A stretch of DNA of 64,000 nucleotides, from positions 3,712,001-3,776,000 of the forward strand of contig OZ245002.1 of NCBI GenBank assembly GCA_965223415.1. The letters run 5' to 3'. Positions 1-9,306 of the stretch are shown one piece after another (within the stretch, counting starts at the first letter, position 1; the number at the start of each line of letters is the position of its first letter). The notes beneath the pieces were generated by a model. The model was not told where the DNA came from. It did not search any database and worked only from the letters and a program-made list of their open reading frames with translations. Source of the stretch: Myxococcota bacterium. Lineage in GTDB: Bacteria; Myxococcota_A; UBA9160; UBA6930. The position numbers and the translations under genes are program-made.

Positions 1-931
1 CGCCGTGGAGCAGGAAGGTCTCGGGCGCGCGGCTCTCGATGGAAGCGGCGATGGCGTCGGTGGCGATGCGCTGCTCCGGGGTGAGCACCACCTCCTTGTC
101 CGGCTCCCGGGCCGGGGCACCGGGCAGGACGTCGCGCTCTTCCAGACGGACGAGACCGCGGCGCTCGAGGCTGCGCAGGGTGGTCGCCGCCCGGGGGAAA
201 CGCTGGTTCAGGGAGGTGAGCGAAGCGGGGCCGGCGCGGAGGGCCTCCGCCAGCTCCGCCTGGCGCGGGGCACGGGCGAGAGGGCCGGCCAGGGCGGCTT
301 CGACGTCCGCGTCGGGGGCGAGGGCGGCCCAGCGCTCGCGGGGCACCCGGCTGCGGGGCCCCCGCTCGTCGAAGACCGCGGCGACGAGGCCGTCCTGCTC
401 CCACGCAGCGAGTCGATCCGAGAGCGCCGGCGCGCGGCGCAGCACCTCAGGCGGCGTGCGCGGCCGACGCCCGATCCACTCGAGGAGAGCGGCCTCCTCG
501 CGGCGGATGGCGCCGGCGCGGAGCGCCTCGTGGCCCCGCGGTGTGAGCGCCAGGGCCCTGACCGTCCGGGGCGTGCCCCCGGGCGGGAGCGCCGCCGCCA
601 GCGCCACGCCCGGCGGGCACAGCACCTCCCGCGCCTCTTCGAGCAGGGCGGTGAGGAGCCGGGGCGGGAAGACCGGCGTGGCGTCGAGCCGCTTCTGGAT
701 CGGCCGCAGCTTCCGCAGGCCCGGGTCCGGGCTGGTGTCCGTGGAGACGACCACCCCGACGAGGCTCTGCCCGCCCGCACGGACCCGGACGCGGCATCCG
801 ACCAGGTCGTCGCTTGCCAAGTCGGCCGGAAGGGCGTAGTCGAAGAGCTGAGGGGACGGGAGGGGAAGGGCGACGCGGGCGCAGGGCAGCGCCTCCTGCG
901 GCACGTCTTCCGGAAACAGGCTCCCCGTCAT
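1..931 (-). CDS. priA: Primosomal protein N' (5' part only; runs off the window edge)
   Basis: Manual minus-strand translation from ATG 931: ARVALPLPSPQLFDY...VGCRVRV...LVGVVV (PriA 3'-DNA-binding domain) and LTPEQRIATDAI...TFLLHG just before Walker A. Absent from the ORF track because there is no stop in the window. Confidence 0.9.
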   Translation of the reverse strand, partial: MTGSLFPEDVPQEALPCARVALPLPSPQLFDYALPADLASDDLVGCRVRVRAGGQSLVGVVVSTDTSPDPGLRKLRPIQKRLDATPVFPPRLLTALLEEAREVLCPPGVALAAALPPGGTPRTVRALALTPRGHEALRAGAIRREEAALLEWIGRRPRTPPEVLRRAPALSDRLAAWEQDGLVAAVFDERGPRSRVPRERWAALAPDADVEAALAGPLARAPRQAELAEALRAGPASLTSLNQRFPRAATTLRSLERRGLVRLEERDVLPGAPAREPDKEVVLTPEQRIATDAIAASIESRAPETFLLHG

Positions 932-965
932 CGCGGCTGAGTGTAACGGGGAGGCGGAGCGGCGA

Positions 966-1661
966 ATGGGGGCGGTGCGGAAGGGCGCGCGGGTCACGCA
1001 GCAGGGGAGACGGCGCTTCCTGCGGGTCGACGACACCTACGCCTCCAGCTACGAGCCCGGGCGCATCGCGACGGGCTCCGTGTGGGACGCGATCGCCTGT
1101 GGCGTGCTGGCGCTGCCCACCGCGCGGAGGCGGCGCATCCTGCTGCTCGGCCTGGGCGGGGGGAGTGCCGCGCGCATCGTGCGGGCCCTGGCGCCGGGGG
1201 CGCACATCGTCGGCGTCGAGCTCTCCGCCGACGTCGTGCGGCTCGCCCGGGAGCAGCTCGAGCTCGACGCCCTCGGCCTCGAGGTGCGGATCGCGGACGC
1301 GCGCGACGAGATGGCGAGGGGCCGCGCCCGCTACGACGCGATTCTCGAGGACGTGTTCGTCGGGGGTGGGCGCGAGGCGTACAAGCCCGACGGGTTGCCC
1401 CATCCGGTGCTGGATCGGGCGCACGGGCGGCTGCGGCCGGGCGGCGTGCTCGTCTCCAACGCCCTGGACGAGGCGCCAGCGGTTCGCCGGGCCATGGTGG
1501 GCCTGTTCGAGCAGGTCGTCGAGATCTCCCTCGCGGACTACGACAACCGGATCTACGTGGGTAGGGATGGCCCGCTCGACGCCCGGAGCCTGCGAGCCGA
1601 GGTGGCACGAGATCCGATCTTGTCGGAATCGCTCTCGCAGCTCCGGTTTCGAACCGCTTGA
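966..1661 (+). CDS. Spermidine-synthase-like SAM-dependent methyltransferase domain protein
   Basis: ILLLGLGGG, VGVELSADVV, IADAR, YDAILEDVF, LRPGGVLVSN motifs. Confidence 0.75.
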   Translation: MGAVRKGARVTQQGRRRFLRVDDTYASSYEPGRIATGSVWDAIACGVLALPTARRRRILLLGLGGGSAARIVRALAPGAHIVGVELSADVVRLAREQLELDALGLEVRIADARDEMARGRARYDAILEDVFVGGGREAYKPDGLPHPVLDRAHGRLRPGGVLVSNALDEAPAVRRAMVGLFEQVVEISLADYDNRIYVGRDGPLDARSLRAEVARDPILSESLSQLRFRTA

Positions 1662-1664
1662 GTC

Positions 1665-2389
1665 TCAGCGCCGACCGGCGACGAGGCAGCCGGTGCCGGT
1701 CAGGGCCATCCCGAGCAAGGCGAGCGCAGCCGCGCTCGGCTCCGGCACGAAGTGGAGGGTCAGGGTCGAGGCAGAGGCCGTTCGCCAGCCGAACACGTTC
1801 CCTGCGGACTGGAACTCGGTAATCACCGGGGCGACGAGGGTAATCGTTCCTCCGCCCGAGGGCGTCAAGCTGATCGAGCCCATGGCGGTGAAGTTCGGGA
1901 GCGGTCGGCCGAAGGAGGACATGCCGGACGGCGTGAATGTCGTTCCCGTGCGTCCCGTCGCCACGAAGGTGCCGGGCGTCCAGGAGAAGAAGGTGGCGCG
2001 TTCCGTGACCGGCGTGCCAAGAATGGCGCCGCCAGGTTCGCGGCCCCGATGCCCTGGTTCGCAATCACGCCACCTGGAGTGATGGCGAGCGTCTGGGAGC
2101 CGCCCAACGTCTGCACGGGGGTGACCTGTGGAGGACCCGGATGCACGGTCCGGAAGGACAGCGGAAGGACCGTGATCGCCACCTGGGCGAAGCCGCTACC
2201 ACCCGACGTCCCGCTGGCCAGGAGGCTGCCGCCAGAGGTGGTGAGGGTGAAGGGATTGCCGCTCAGACCGAACCCGAGGCCCGAGTGGAAGGTGCCCGTC
2301 CAGGTGGCCGACGTCAGGACGCCCGCCCGAGCTGCGGGAGCCGCAGCGAGGACCAGGGCGAAGAGAGCGAAGGCGCGACGGATTCTCAC
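1665..2389 (-). pseudogene. PEP-CTERM-type secreted protein split by a frameshift near 2025-2060 (or a sequencing error)
   Basis: Signal peptide and Gly/Thr-rich N-half lie in the frame of ORF 1865..2407; the C-half with VPEPS + hydrophobic helix + RR lies in the frame of ORF 1665..1964. Confidence 0.7.
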
Positions 2390-2504
2390 GGCTGGTAGCA
2401 TACGCAAGCCCGGGGCCGGGCGCGGGCAGCCGCGAGAGTGCGCCGGACCCGCTCGGGGGGGAATGGCTTTTTCCTTCGAGGGAAGCGACGTTCCCTCGCC
2501 GCCG

Positions 2505-3317
2505 CTACCCCGATCCCTCCCCCAGGAAATGGAGCACGGTCCGGTTGAACTCCAGCGCGCACTCCGCCATCACGAGGTGGGCGCCCCAGGGAAGCGTCAC
2601 CATGTGGGCGTTCGGCATCTCGTCGGCCAGCTCCCGGGCGAACTTCCCGGGTGTGAGCTGGTCCTGCCGGCCGGTGAGCACGAGGGTAGGGTGCTCGATC
2701 TCGCGCAGGCGGTCGTAGGTGTCGTGGGCGAGGCAGGCGTCGCACTGGCGCATCAGGACGTCGGCATCGAGGGGCGGCGCGCCGCCGGGAAAGCTGCGAC
2801 TCATGGCCTCGATCAGGTCGCTCTGCTCGAGGGTTTCCTCCTGCAGCGTCCAGAGCAGGCGCTCGCGGGTGAAGACTTCGGCGGAGGTGCCCTCCCGGGC
2901 CATCTCCCGCCACTTCTCGATCAGCAGGCGGCGCTTGGCGTCCGGCCGCGCATAGGTGCCGACCAGGATCAGCCGGTCGACCCGCTCCGGATGGCGGAGC
3001 GCAAGCTCCTGGGCGGTCATCCCGCCCAGAAAGACGCCGAGCACGTGGGCCCGCTCGATCCCGAGGGCGCCCAGTAGCGCGTCCACGTCGTCCGCCAGGT
3101 CTGCCGTCGTGAAGGGGCCGCCCGGGTCCTCGCTCTCGCCGACCCCCCGGTTGTCGAAGAGCGCCAGCCGGTGATGGGGCGACAGCTCCGGCACCTGCAG
3201 CGGGTGCCAGCCCCGACACGACCCCGCAAGCCCCATCACCAGGACGAGCGGCGGCGCCCCCTCCGGCCCGTGCAGCTCGTAGTAGACCTTGCGCCCGCCG
3301 GCGTCGATCAACGCCAT
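2505..3317 (-). CDS. Alpha/beta-fold hydrolase (PcaD/RutD-like) with the nucleophile Ser replaced by Phe
   Basis: LVLVMGL, FDNRGVGES, elbow GVFLGG instead of GxSxG, GRQDQLTP (Asp) and GAHLV (His). Confidence 0.85.
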   Translation of the reverse strand: MALIDAGGRKVYYELHGPEGAPPLVLVMGLAGSCRGWHPLQVPELSPHHRLALFDNRGVGESEDPGGPFTTADLADDVDALLGALGIERAHVLGVFLGGMTAQELALRHPERVDRLILVGTYARPDAKRRLLIEKWREMAREGTSAEVFTRERLLWTLQEETLEQSDLIEAMSRSFPGGAPPLDADVLMRQCDACLAHDTYDRLREIEHPTLVLTGRQDQLTPGKFARELADEMPNAHMVTLPWGAHLVMAECALEFNRTVLHFLGEGSG

Positions 3318-3333
3318 GCTCGCATTGTACGCA

Positions 3334-3391
3334 ACCGAGGGGACGCGCCTCAACGCGACACCCGGGTTGCGTCGAGGCGCGTTCCCTCGGT
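3334..3391. terminator. 26-bp imperfect hairpin between mglA and the hydrolase; possible terminator or processing stem
   Basis: Arms 3334-3359 and 3366-3391 give 23/26 Watson-Crick pairs with a 6-nt loop; no U-tract. Confidence 0.45.
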
Positions 3392-3396
3392 GGCGT

Positions 3397-3987
3397 CTAT
3401 CGGGAGAGGCGTTTGAGGTCGGAGAGGACGCTCTTGGCGACGGCCTTGAGGGTCTCGAAGACGCCTTCGCCGGTGGTGGCGCTGGCCTCGAAGTCCGGTA
3501 CGCCCAGCGTGTTGATCTGGCGGCGGAGCTCGTCGAGAGGGGCCGCGTTCGGGAGATCCCGCTTGTTGTACTGAATGACGAAGGGGATCTTCTCGAGCTC
3601 GTAGCCCTGGTCGCGCAGGTTGACCTTCAGGTTGTCGATGCTCTCGAGGTTCGCTTCCATGCGCTCGATCTGGCTGTCGGCCACGAAGACCACGCCGTCC
3701 ACGCCCTTCAGGATGAGCTTGCGGCTGGCGTCGTAGAAGACCTGGCCCGGCACCGTGTAGAGGTGGAAGCGCGTCTTGAAGCCGCGGATCTGTCCCAGGG
3801 CCAGCGGCAGGAAGTCGAAGAAGAGCGTGCGCTCGGTCTCCGTCGCCAGGGAGATCATCTTCCCCTTCAGGTCGGGGTTCGTCTTGTTGTAGATGAACTG
3901 CAGGTTCGTCGTCTTGCCGCACAGGCCCGGCCCGTAGTAGACGATCTTGCAGTTGATCTCGCGCGACGAATAGTTGATGAAAGACAT
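3397..3987 (-). CDS. mglA: Gliding-motility small GTPase MglA
   Basis: [48 protein letters not shown]. Confidence 0.97.
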   Translation of the reverse strand: MSFINYSSREINCKIVYYGPGLCGKTTNLQFIYNKTNPDLKGKMISLATETERTLFFDFLPLALGQIRGFKTRFHLYTVPGQVFYDASRKLILKGVDGVVFVADSQIERMEANLESIDNLKVNLRDQGYELEKIPFVIQYNKRDLPNAAPLDELRRQINTLGVPDFEASATTGEGVFETLKAVAKSVLSDLKRLSR

Positions 3988-4008
3988 GGGGTACCGCGCT
4001 GGTCGGAG

Positions 4009-4503
4009 TTATTCGGAGAAGAGGTTGTCGATGTCGTCGTCGGTGATTTCGGCGAAGGGCGAGGCGCCGCTTCCGGTCGCCGCTTCGCTCTCGGCCTTCT
4101 TCTGGATCTCTTCGAACACCTTGGCCAGCTCGCCGCCGGCCTTCTTGACGCGCAGGCGCACGAGGCCGAGCGAGCTGCGGTCGTCGAAGACGACCACGAG
4201 GATGATGCGGCCCGCGACCAGGGTGATGTGCAGGTTGTCCCGCGTGCCCTGGTGGAAGTGAACGGGGAAGTCCTCCTCGCCGATGATCTTGGCGAGGCCG
4301 CCGGTGGCGGCGATGCTGCCGGCGGTGAGGGACGCCAGGCTCGTCGTGTCGATGCCGCGGACCTCGCCGGCCTCGGCGATCAGCTGGCCGTTCTTGTCGA
4401 CCACGAAGACGCCCTTGGCGTTCGCGTCCCGCACCAGCCGCTGGATGACGCCGAGGATCTTCTTGTAGTCCTCCTCGTACATCACGAGCTGCGTGTCCAT
4501 CAT
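4009..4503 (-). CDS. mglB: MglB roadblock-domain GAP
   Basis: QLVMYEE...DKNGQLIA...SLGLVRLRVKK...FAEITDDDIDNLFSE; adjacent to mglA. Confidence 0.96.
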   Translation of the reverse strand: MMDTQLVMYEEDYKKILGVIQRLVRDANAKGVFVVDKNGQLIAEAGEVRGIDTTSLASLTAGSIAATGGLAKIIGEEDFPVHFHQGTRDNLHITLVAGRIILVVVFDDRSSLGLVRLRVKKAGGELAKVFEEIQKKAESEAATGSGASPFAEITDDDIDNLFSE

Positions 4504-4702
4504 CGCGCGATCCCCTGCCGGCTCCGCTGGTCCCCTCTCCGGGTCCCGCAGGAACCTTCGTAACTGCCCGGGTTTGAAGGACTCTTCCGAGCCACAGTAC
4601 CCCCGCCCCCGAGCTGCGGCAAGCTGCCCGGCCGCTCCTCCGATCGGACAGCGGGAGGGTGGGCTTTAGCCCTCTCGCGAGCGCCCGGGGGCAGAAGGGG
4701 CC

Positions 4703-5302
4703 TCACTCCAGCACCTGGCGGTTCTGGATGGAGCGCCCGACGGTCACGTGGTCCGCGTATTCCAGGTCGCCGCCCATCGGCATGCCGTAGGCGATCCGGC
4801 TGAGCGCGACGCCGAGGGGCCGCAGGCGCTCGGCCAGGTAGGCCGCGGTGGCGTCGCCCTCGGCGTTCGGGTTCGTGGCGAGTACCACCTCGCGCACGCT
4901 CCCGCTGCGGGCCCGCGCCTCCAGCTCGGCGATGTGCAGGTCCTCCGGCCCCACCCCGTCGATCGGGGAGAGGGCGCCGCCCAGCACGTGGTAGAGGCCC
5001 TTGAAGCTGCCGCTGCGCTCGACGGCGGCCCGGTCCGCCGGCTCTTCCACCACGCAGATGCGGCTGCGGTCGCGGCCCTCGCTCGCGCAGATGGCGCAGG
5101 GCGACACCTCCGTGAGGTCGAAGCAGTGCTCGCACAGGACGATCTCCTGCTTCACCCGGCGAATCGCCTCCGCCAGCTCGGTCACCAGGGTCTCGGGCGC
5201 CGAGAGCAGGAAGAAGGCCAGGCGGGTGGCGGACTTCTCGCCGATGCCGGGCAGCCGGCGAAGCGCGCCGACCAGGCGCTCGATGGGCGGCGGCGTCTTC
5301 AC
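4703..5302 (-). CDS. recR: Recombination mediator RecR
   Basis: LPGIGEKSATRLA HhH, C4 Zn finger, Toprim ATNPNAEGDATA. Confidence 0.97.
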   Translation of the reverse strand: MKTPPPIERLVGALRRLPGIGEKSATRLAFFLLSAPETLVTELAEAIRRVKQEIVLCEHCFDLTEVSPCAICASEGRDRSRICVVEEPADRAAVERSGSFKGLYHVLGGALSPIDGVGPEDLHIAELEARARSGSVREVVLATNPNAEGDATAAYLAERLRPLGVALSRIAYGMPMGGDLEYADHVTVGRSIQNRQVLE

Positions 5303-5649
5303 GCGCCGCCGCTTTCGGGCCCCGGGCCGCCCATGCCGGGCAGCGCGAAGCCGGCCAGGCCGGCGGCCTTCTGCATCTCCTCCTGCACCATGCGTTGGGC
5401 CGCGGCCAGTGCGGCATTGACCGCGGCGGTGACCAGGTCCTGCAGCATCTCGCGGTCGCCGCTGGCCGCGAGCTCCGGCTCGATCTTCACTTCCTGGACG
5501 CGCAGATCGCCGCTGACCACCGCGGTGACCATGCCGCCGCCGGCCTGGGCGGAGACCGTGCGCCGCGCCAGCTCCTGCTGGAGGTTCGCCAGCTTGCTCT
5601 GCATCTCCTGCGCCTTGGCGAGGAGATCGCCCAGGTTGCCTTGACTCAC
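5299..5649 (-). CDS. ybaB: YbaB/EbfC nucleoid-associated protein
   Basis: AGGGMVTAVVSG...EMLQDLVTAAVNAA; GTG start overlaps the dnaX stop; conserved dnaX-ybaB-recR order. Confidence 0.93.
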   Translation of the reverse strand: MSQGNLGDLLAKAQEMQSKLANLQQELARRTVSAQAGGGMVTAVVSGDLRVQEVKIEPELAASGDREMLQDLVTAAVNAALAAAQRMVQEEMQKAAGLAGFALPGMGGPGPESGGA

Positions 5650-7460
5650 CGGGCCTCCGTGGGTGCGCCGATGCCGGTCGGCTTGATCTCGAGGATCTCC
5701 GCCTCGAGGATGTCGAGGACGTCGTTCACCGCCGGATGGTTGAGGGCTTCCTGGCGTTGGCGGCGACCGTCGGCGGTCTGCTCCGGGTCCGGGCTCGCCG
5801 GGCCGTTGCCCCCGGCGCCGTTCCCGCCCGAGGTGACGAGCTCCACCTGCACCGGCTCGCCGAAGAAGCGCTCGCACACCGCGGCGAGCTCGGCGACGCG
5901 TCCCTGGAGGCGCCGCGCGGCGATGCCCGAGGGCAGCTCGATGCGCAGCCGCTCGGCACTTCGCTCCAGCAGGCGCCCGCCCTCGAGCGCGGCGAACAGG
6001 CCGCGGTTCTCCTCCTGGGCGAAGGAGCGAAGCCGATCGAAGACGAGGGGGAGCGGTGCGTTGGCCTCGTCTGGCGGAGAGGCGGACGCGGTGGTCGGGG
6101 AGTGCGTCGGCTCGGCCTCGGCCGGAGGCACCGGCGCGGACTCGGCCGGAGGCGTCGGTGCGGGCGGCGGCTCGGCCTCGCGCGGCGGCACCGGCGACGC
6201 CTCGGCCGAGGGAGCCGCGCGCCGGCTGCCGTTCGCGCCAGCGCGTCCCCGCGAGGCGCCGCCGCTGCGAGCGCCTCCACCGGCTGCGCCTCCGCCGGAG
6301 CCACCACTTCCGCCGCCGCGTAGCTGTCGCTCCAGGGCGTCGATGCGCGCCAGCAGCTGCTCGACCTGGTCGCCGGAAGGCAGACCCGCGAGGCGGATCA
6401 GCGCCACCTCCAGCACCGCGAAGGGGTCCGGCGCCCAGGCGAGATCCTCCTGCTCCTTCAAGAGCGCCCGGAACATGCGGCGAAGGCGGGCCTCCTCCGT
6501 CTTCCCGGCGAGCTCGGCCAGGGCCGCGACCTCGGCGTCGGCGCCTTCGACGATGCCGGCCTCCGGCGCGACGCGCAGCACCACGAGATCCCGCAGCAGC
6601 CCGAGCAGCTCGCCGCCCAGGCGCTTGGCATCGACGCCCGCCTCCCAGGCGTGCCGGCAGGCGGCCAGCGCCGCCGCGGCGTCGCCCTCGATGCAGCCGG
6701 TGACGATCGCCAGCAGCACGCTGCGGTCGATCAGGTCGAGGACTTCCGCCACCCGGGCGTCGTCCACCTTCTCACCGCCGAAGGCGATCAGCTGGTCGAG
6801 CAGGGTCAGCGAGTCCCGCATCGAGCCGTCGCCGGCGCGGGCGACGGCGAGCAGGCTCGTCTCCGAGATCGTGAGGCCTTCGGCCTTCGCGATCTCGCCC
6901 AGGTTCTCCGCGACCTCCGCGGTGGCGATGCGCCGCAGGTCGTAGCGCTGGCAGCGGGACACGACGGTGAACGGGATCTTCTCCGGGTTCGTCGTGCAGA
7001 AGATGAACAGGCTCTGGGGCGGCGGCTCCTCGAGGGTCTTCAGCAGGGCGTTGAAGGCCGGCGTCGAGAGCATGTGGACCTCGTCCACGATGAAGATGCG
7101 GTGCTTGCCCGGCGCCGCCGCGTAGCGGATCGACTCGATGATCTCGCGCACGTCGTCGACGCTGGTCCGGCTCGCCGCGTCGATCTCCTGCACGTCCACC
7201 GACGTGCCGGCCTGGATCTCCCGGCACGAGGGATCGTCCGGGTCCGGGGCGTCCGTCGGCCCCTGCTCTGCGTTGAGGCAGCAGGCGAAGATGCGCGCCA
7301 GCGTCGTCTTGCCCGTACCCCGCGGCCCGGTCAGCAGGATCGCGTGGGGAATGCGCCCGGAGCGGACGGCGTTGCGCAGGGGCGTCGTGACGTGGTCCTG
7401 GCCGGTGACCTCGTCGAAGCCCTGGGGCCGATACTTCCGGGCGAGGACCTGGTAGGACAC
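5646..7460 (-). CDS. dnaX: DNA polymerase III subunit gamma/tau
   Basis: YQVLARKYRP, GPRGTGKTT, EIDAAS, DEVHMLS, LLKTLEEPP, SRCQ. Confidence 0.97.
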   Translation of the reverse strand: MSYQVLARKYRPQGFDEVTGQDHVTTPLRNAVRSGRIPHAILLTGPRGTGKTTLARIFACCLNAEQGPTDAPDPDDPSCREIQAGTSVDVQEIDAASRTSVDDVREIIESIRYAAAPGKHRIFIVDEVHMLSTPAFNALLKTLEEPPPQSLFIFCTTNPEKIPFTVVSRCQRYDLRRIATAEVAENLGEIAKAEGLTISETSLLAVARAGDGSMRDSLTLLDQLIAFGGEKVDDARVAEVLDLIDRSVLLAIVTGCIEGDAAAALAACRHAWEAGVDAKRLGGELLGLLRDLVVLRVAPEAGIVEGADAEVAALAELAGKTEEARLRRMFRALLKEQEDLAWAPDPFAVLEVALIRLAGLPSGDQVEQLLARIDALERQLRGGGSGGSGGGAAGGGARSGGASRGRAGANGSRRAAPSAEASPVPPREAEPPPAPTPPAESAPVPPAEAEPTHSPTTASASPPDEANAPLPLVFDRLRSFAQEENRGLFAALEGGRLLERSAERLRIELPSGIAARRLQGRVAELAAVCERFFGEPVQVELVTSGGNGAGGNGPASPDPEQTADGRRQRQEALNHPAVNDVLDILEAEILEIKPTGIGAPTEAR

Positions 7461-7569
7461 GTGTGGGGGGCGCCTCCGCCTGCATGACGCTCATCTCGGA
7501 GGCCGCGCCGCAAGTGCCGCCCGCTCGGGGGCGGCGCGCGCAGCGAGGCGAAGCCGAGCGTAGCTCCGT

Positions 7570-7693
7570 GGAGAGGGAAGATCGCAGGGCACCCCCAACC
7601 GCAGCCGGAACCCTGCTGCCGCTGCTTCCTTCCGGACCTGACGGGGTTCACAAGGCTCCGAGCTCGGCCGGGACCCTGCGATCCTCCCTCCCC
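7570..7693 (-). ncRNA. ffs: Signal recognition particle RNA (small bacterial SRP)
   Basis: Minus strand carries GTCAGGTCCGGAAGGAAGCAGC (helix 8 with GGAA tetraloop) inside a long terminal stem; usual position upstream of dnaX. Ends approximate. Confidence 0.92.
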
Positions 7694-7734
7694 ACGGAGG
7701 CGTGCAAGGGTAGCGGGGGGTAGGGTCCCGCCCC

Positions 7735-8457
7735 ATGGCCCTGCCGGACCGCCTCCTCGCCGCAGAACAGCGTCTCATTCGCGACCTGGCACCCCTCCGC
7801 TTCCGGGCGCCGGTGACCCACGTCTACAACCCCCTCGTCTACGCGGCCCGTCCCCACCGCCTCTACCTGCGGCGCTTCGCCGCCACCCCGAAGCGGGTGG
7901 TCTATCTCGGCATGAACCCCGGTCCCTACGGGATGGCCCAGACCGGCGTCCCGTTCGGCGAGGTGGCGCGGGTGAGGGACTGGCTGGGGATCGAGGGGAA
8001 GGTCGACCGGCCGCCGGACGAGCACCCGAAGCGCCCGGTCCAGGGCTTCGCCTGCCCGCGTAGCGAGGTGAGCGGGGCGCGGCTGTGGGGCGCCATCGCC
8101 GAGCGCCACCCCACACCCGAGCGCTTCTTCCGGCGCGCCTTCATCGCCAACTACTGCCCCCTCGTCTTCATGGAGGCCAGCGGCCGCAACCGCACCCCGG
8201 ACAAGCTGCCGCCGCCCGAGCGCGAGGCCCTCTACCAAGCCTGCAACCGCCACCTGCGCCGCACCGTCGAGCTACTCGAGCCCCAGTGGCTCGTCGGCGT
8301 CGGCAAGTTCGCTGAGGCCCGCGCCCGGGAGGCCCTCTCCGACCTCCCCGACCTGAAGATCGCCAGCATCCTCCACCCGAGCCCCGCCAGCCCCGCCGCC
8401 AACCAGGGCTGGGCCAGAAAAGCCCGCCGCCAGCTCCAGGACCTGGGAGTCTGTTGA
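7735..8457 (+). CDS. SMUG1-family (UDG family 3) uracil-DNA glycosylase
   Basis: GMNPGPYGMAQTGVPFG, SEVSG, NYCPL, HPSP motifs. Confidence 0.92.
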   Translation: MALPDRLLAAEQRLIRDLAPLRFRAPVTHVYNPLVYAARPHRLYLRRFAATPKRVVYLGMNPGPYGMAQTGVPFGEVARVRDWLGIEGKVDRPPDEHPKRPVQGFACPRSEVSGARLWGAIAERHPTPERFFRRAFIANYCPLVFMEASGRNRTPDKLPPPEREALYQACNRHLRRTVELLEPQWLVGVGKFAEARAREALSDLPDLKIASILHPSPASPAANQGWARKARRQLQDLGVC

Positions 8458-8492
8458 GAAAGGGGCCGGTTCCGTCTGTTAAGTTGTTGGCC

Positions 8493-9011
8493 ATGGACTG
8501 CACCCGCCGCCGATTCCTGGATCTCTCCGCCAAGGGGCTGCTGGTCGCCGGCATCGCGCCTGCCTCGATGCTGCGAGCCGACACCACGGGCGCCCTCGGC
8601 GATGCCCACCGCAAGGCCATGGCCGAGAGCCCGCTCGTCTACGTCTCGCCGCTTCGGAGCGACGGCGCGGAGAGCACCTGCCACGGCGAGGTGTGGTTCG
8701 TCGCGGACGGCGACGACCTGCTCGTCGTGACCGCCGTCGACCGCTGGAAGGCCGTCGCCATCAAGAAGGGCCTCGACCGCGCCCGCCTCTGGATCGGCGA
8801 CCACGGCGTGTGGACCACCTCGGACGGCGCCTTCAAGCGCGCGCCCACCGTCGAAGCCAAGGCCCGCCTCGACGTGGAGGTCCACGCCGCGGCCCTGGAG
8901 AAGTTCGGCGCGAAGTACCCGGCCGAGTGGGGAAAGTGGGGCCCCCGCTTCGAGGAGGGCCTGGGCGACGGCAGCCGGGTGTTGATCCGGTATTCCCCGA
9001 CCGGCGCCTAG
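8493..9011 (+). CDS. Tat-exported protein, possible PNPOx-like split-barrel fold
   Basis: TRRRFL twin-arginine signal; YVSPLRSDG...EVWFVADG pattern. Confidence 0.55.
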   Translation: MDCTRRRFLDLSAKGLLVAGIAPASMLRADTTGALGDAHRKAMAESPLVYVSPLRSDGAESTCHGEVWFVADGDDLLVVTAVDRWKAVAIKKGLDRARLWIGDHGVWTTSDGAFKRAPTVEAKARLDVEVHAAALEKFGAKYPAEWGKWGPRFEEGLGDGSRVLIRYSPTGA

Positions 9012-9058
9012 AGGAATCGGCCCCCGAGGGCCTGGTTCGCTAGCCTCGACCCCCTCGC

Positions 9059-9150
9059 GGAGAGGTGCCGGAGTCCGGTTGAACGGGCCTGACTCGAAAT
9101 CAGGTGATGGGCTTGCTCATCCGTGGGTTCGAATCCCACCCTCTCCGCCA
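9059..9150 (+). tRNA. tRNA-Ser(CGA)
   Basis: Acceptor GGAGAGG/CCTCTCC, anticodon arm CCTGA-CTCGAAA-TCAGG, long variable arm, GGTTCGAATCC, encoded CCA. Confidence 0.96.
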
Positions 9151-9306
9151 TTCCGGGCACTTACGGGATCGGGGCCTCGACGCGCTCCTGCCCCGCTCGG
9201 CTTTGTGGGGACATTGTGGGCAGGCCGATCAGCCTGTCTTGACTGCGCCATTCCCGGGGGGCAGTGGCCCTCTACCGCAGACTGACCCGAAGGCCGCGAC
9301 CCAAGG

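Noticed and set aside
3397..7460. mglBA beside recR-ybaB-dnaX as a novel arrangement
   Set aside because: To my knowledge this order is already known in myxobacteria and relatives.
9059..9150. tRNA-Sec or suppressor tRNA
   Set aside because: The anticodon is CGA with a normal 7-bp acceptor stem, so it is an ordinary tRNA-Ser.
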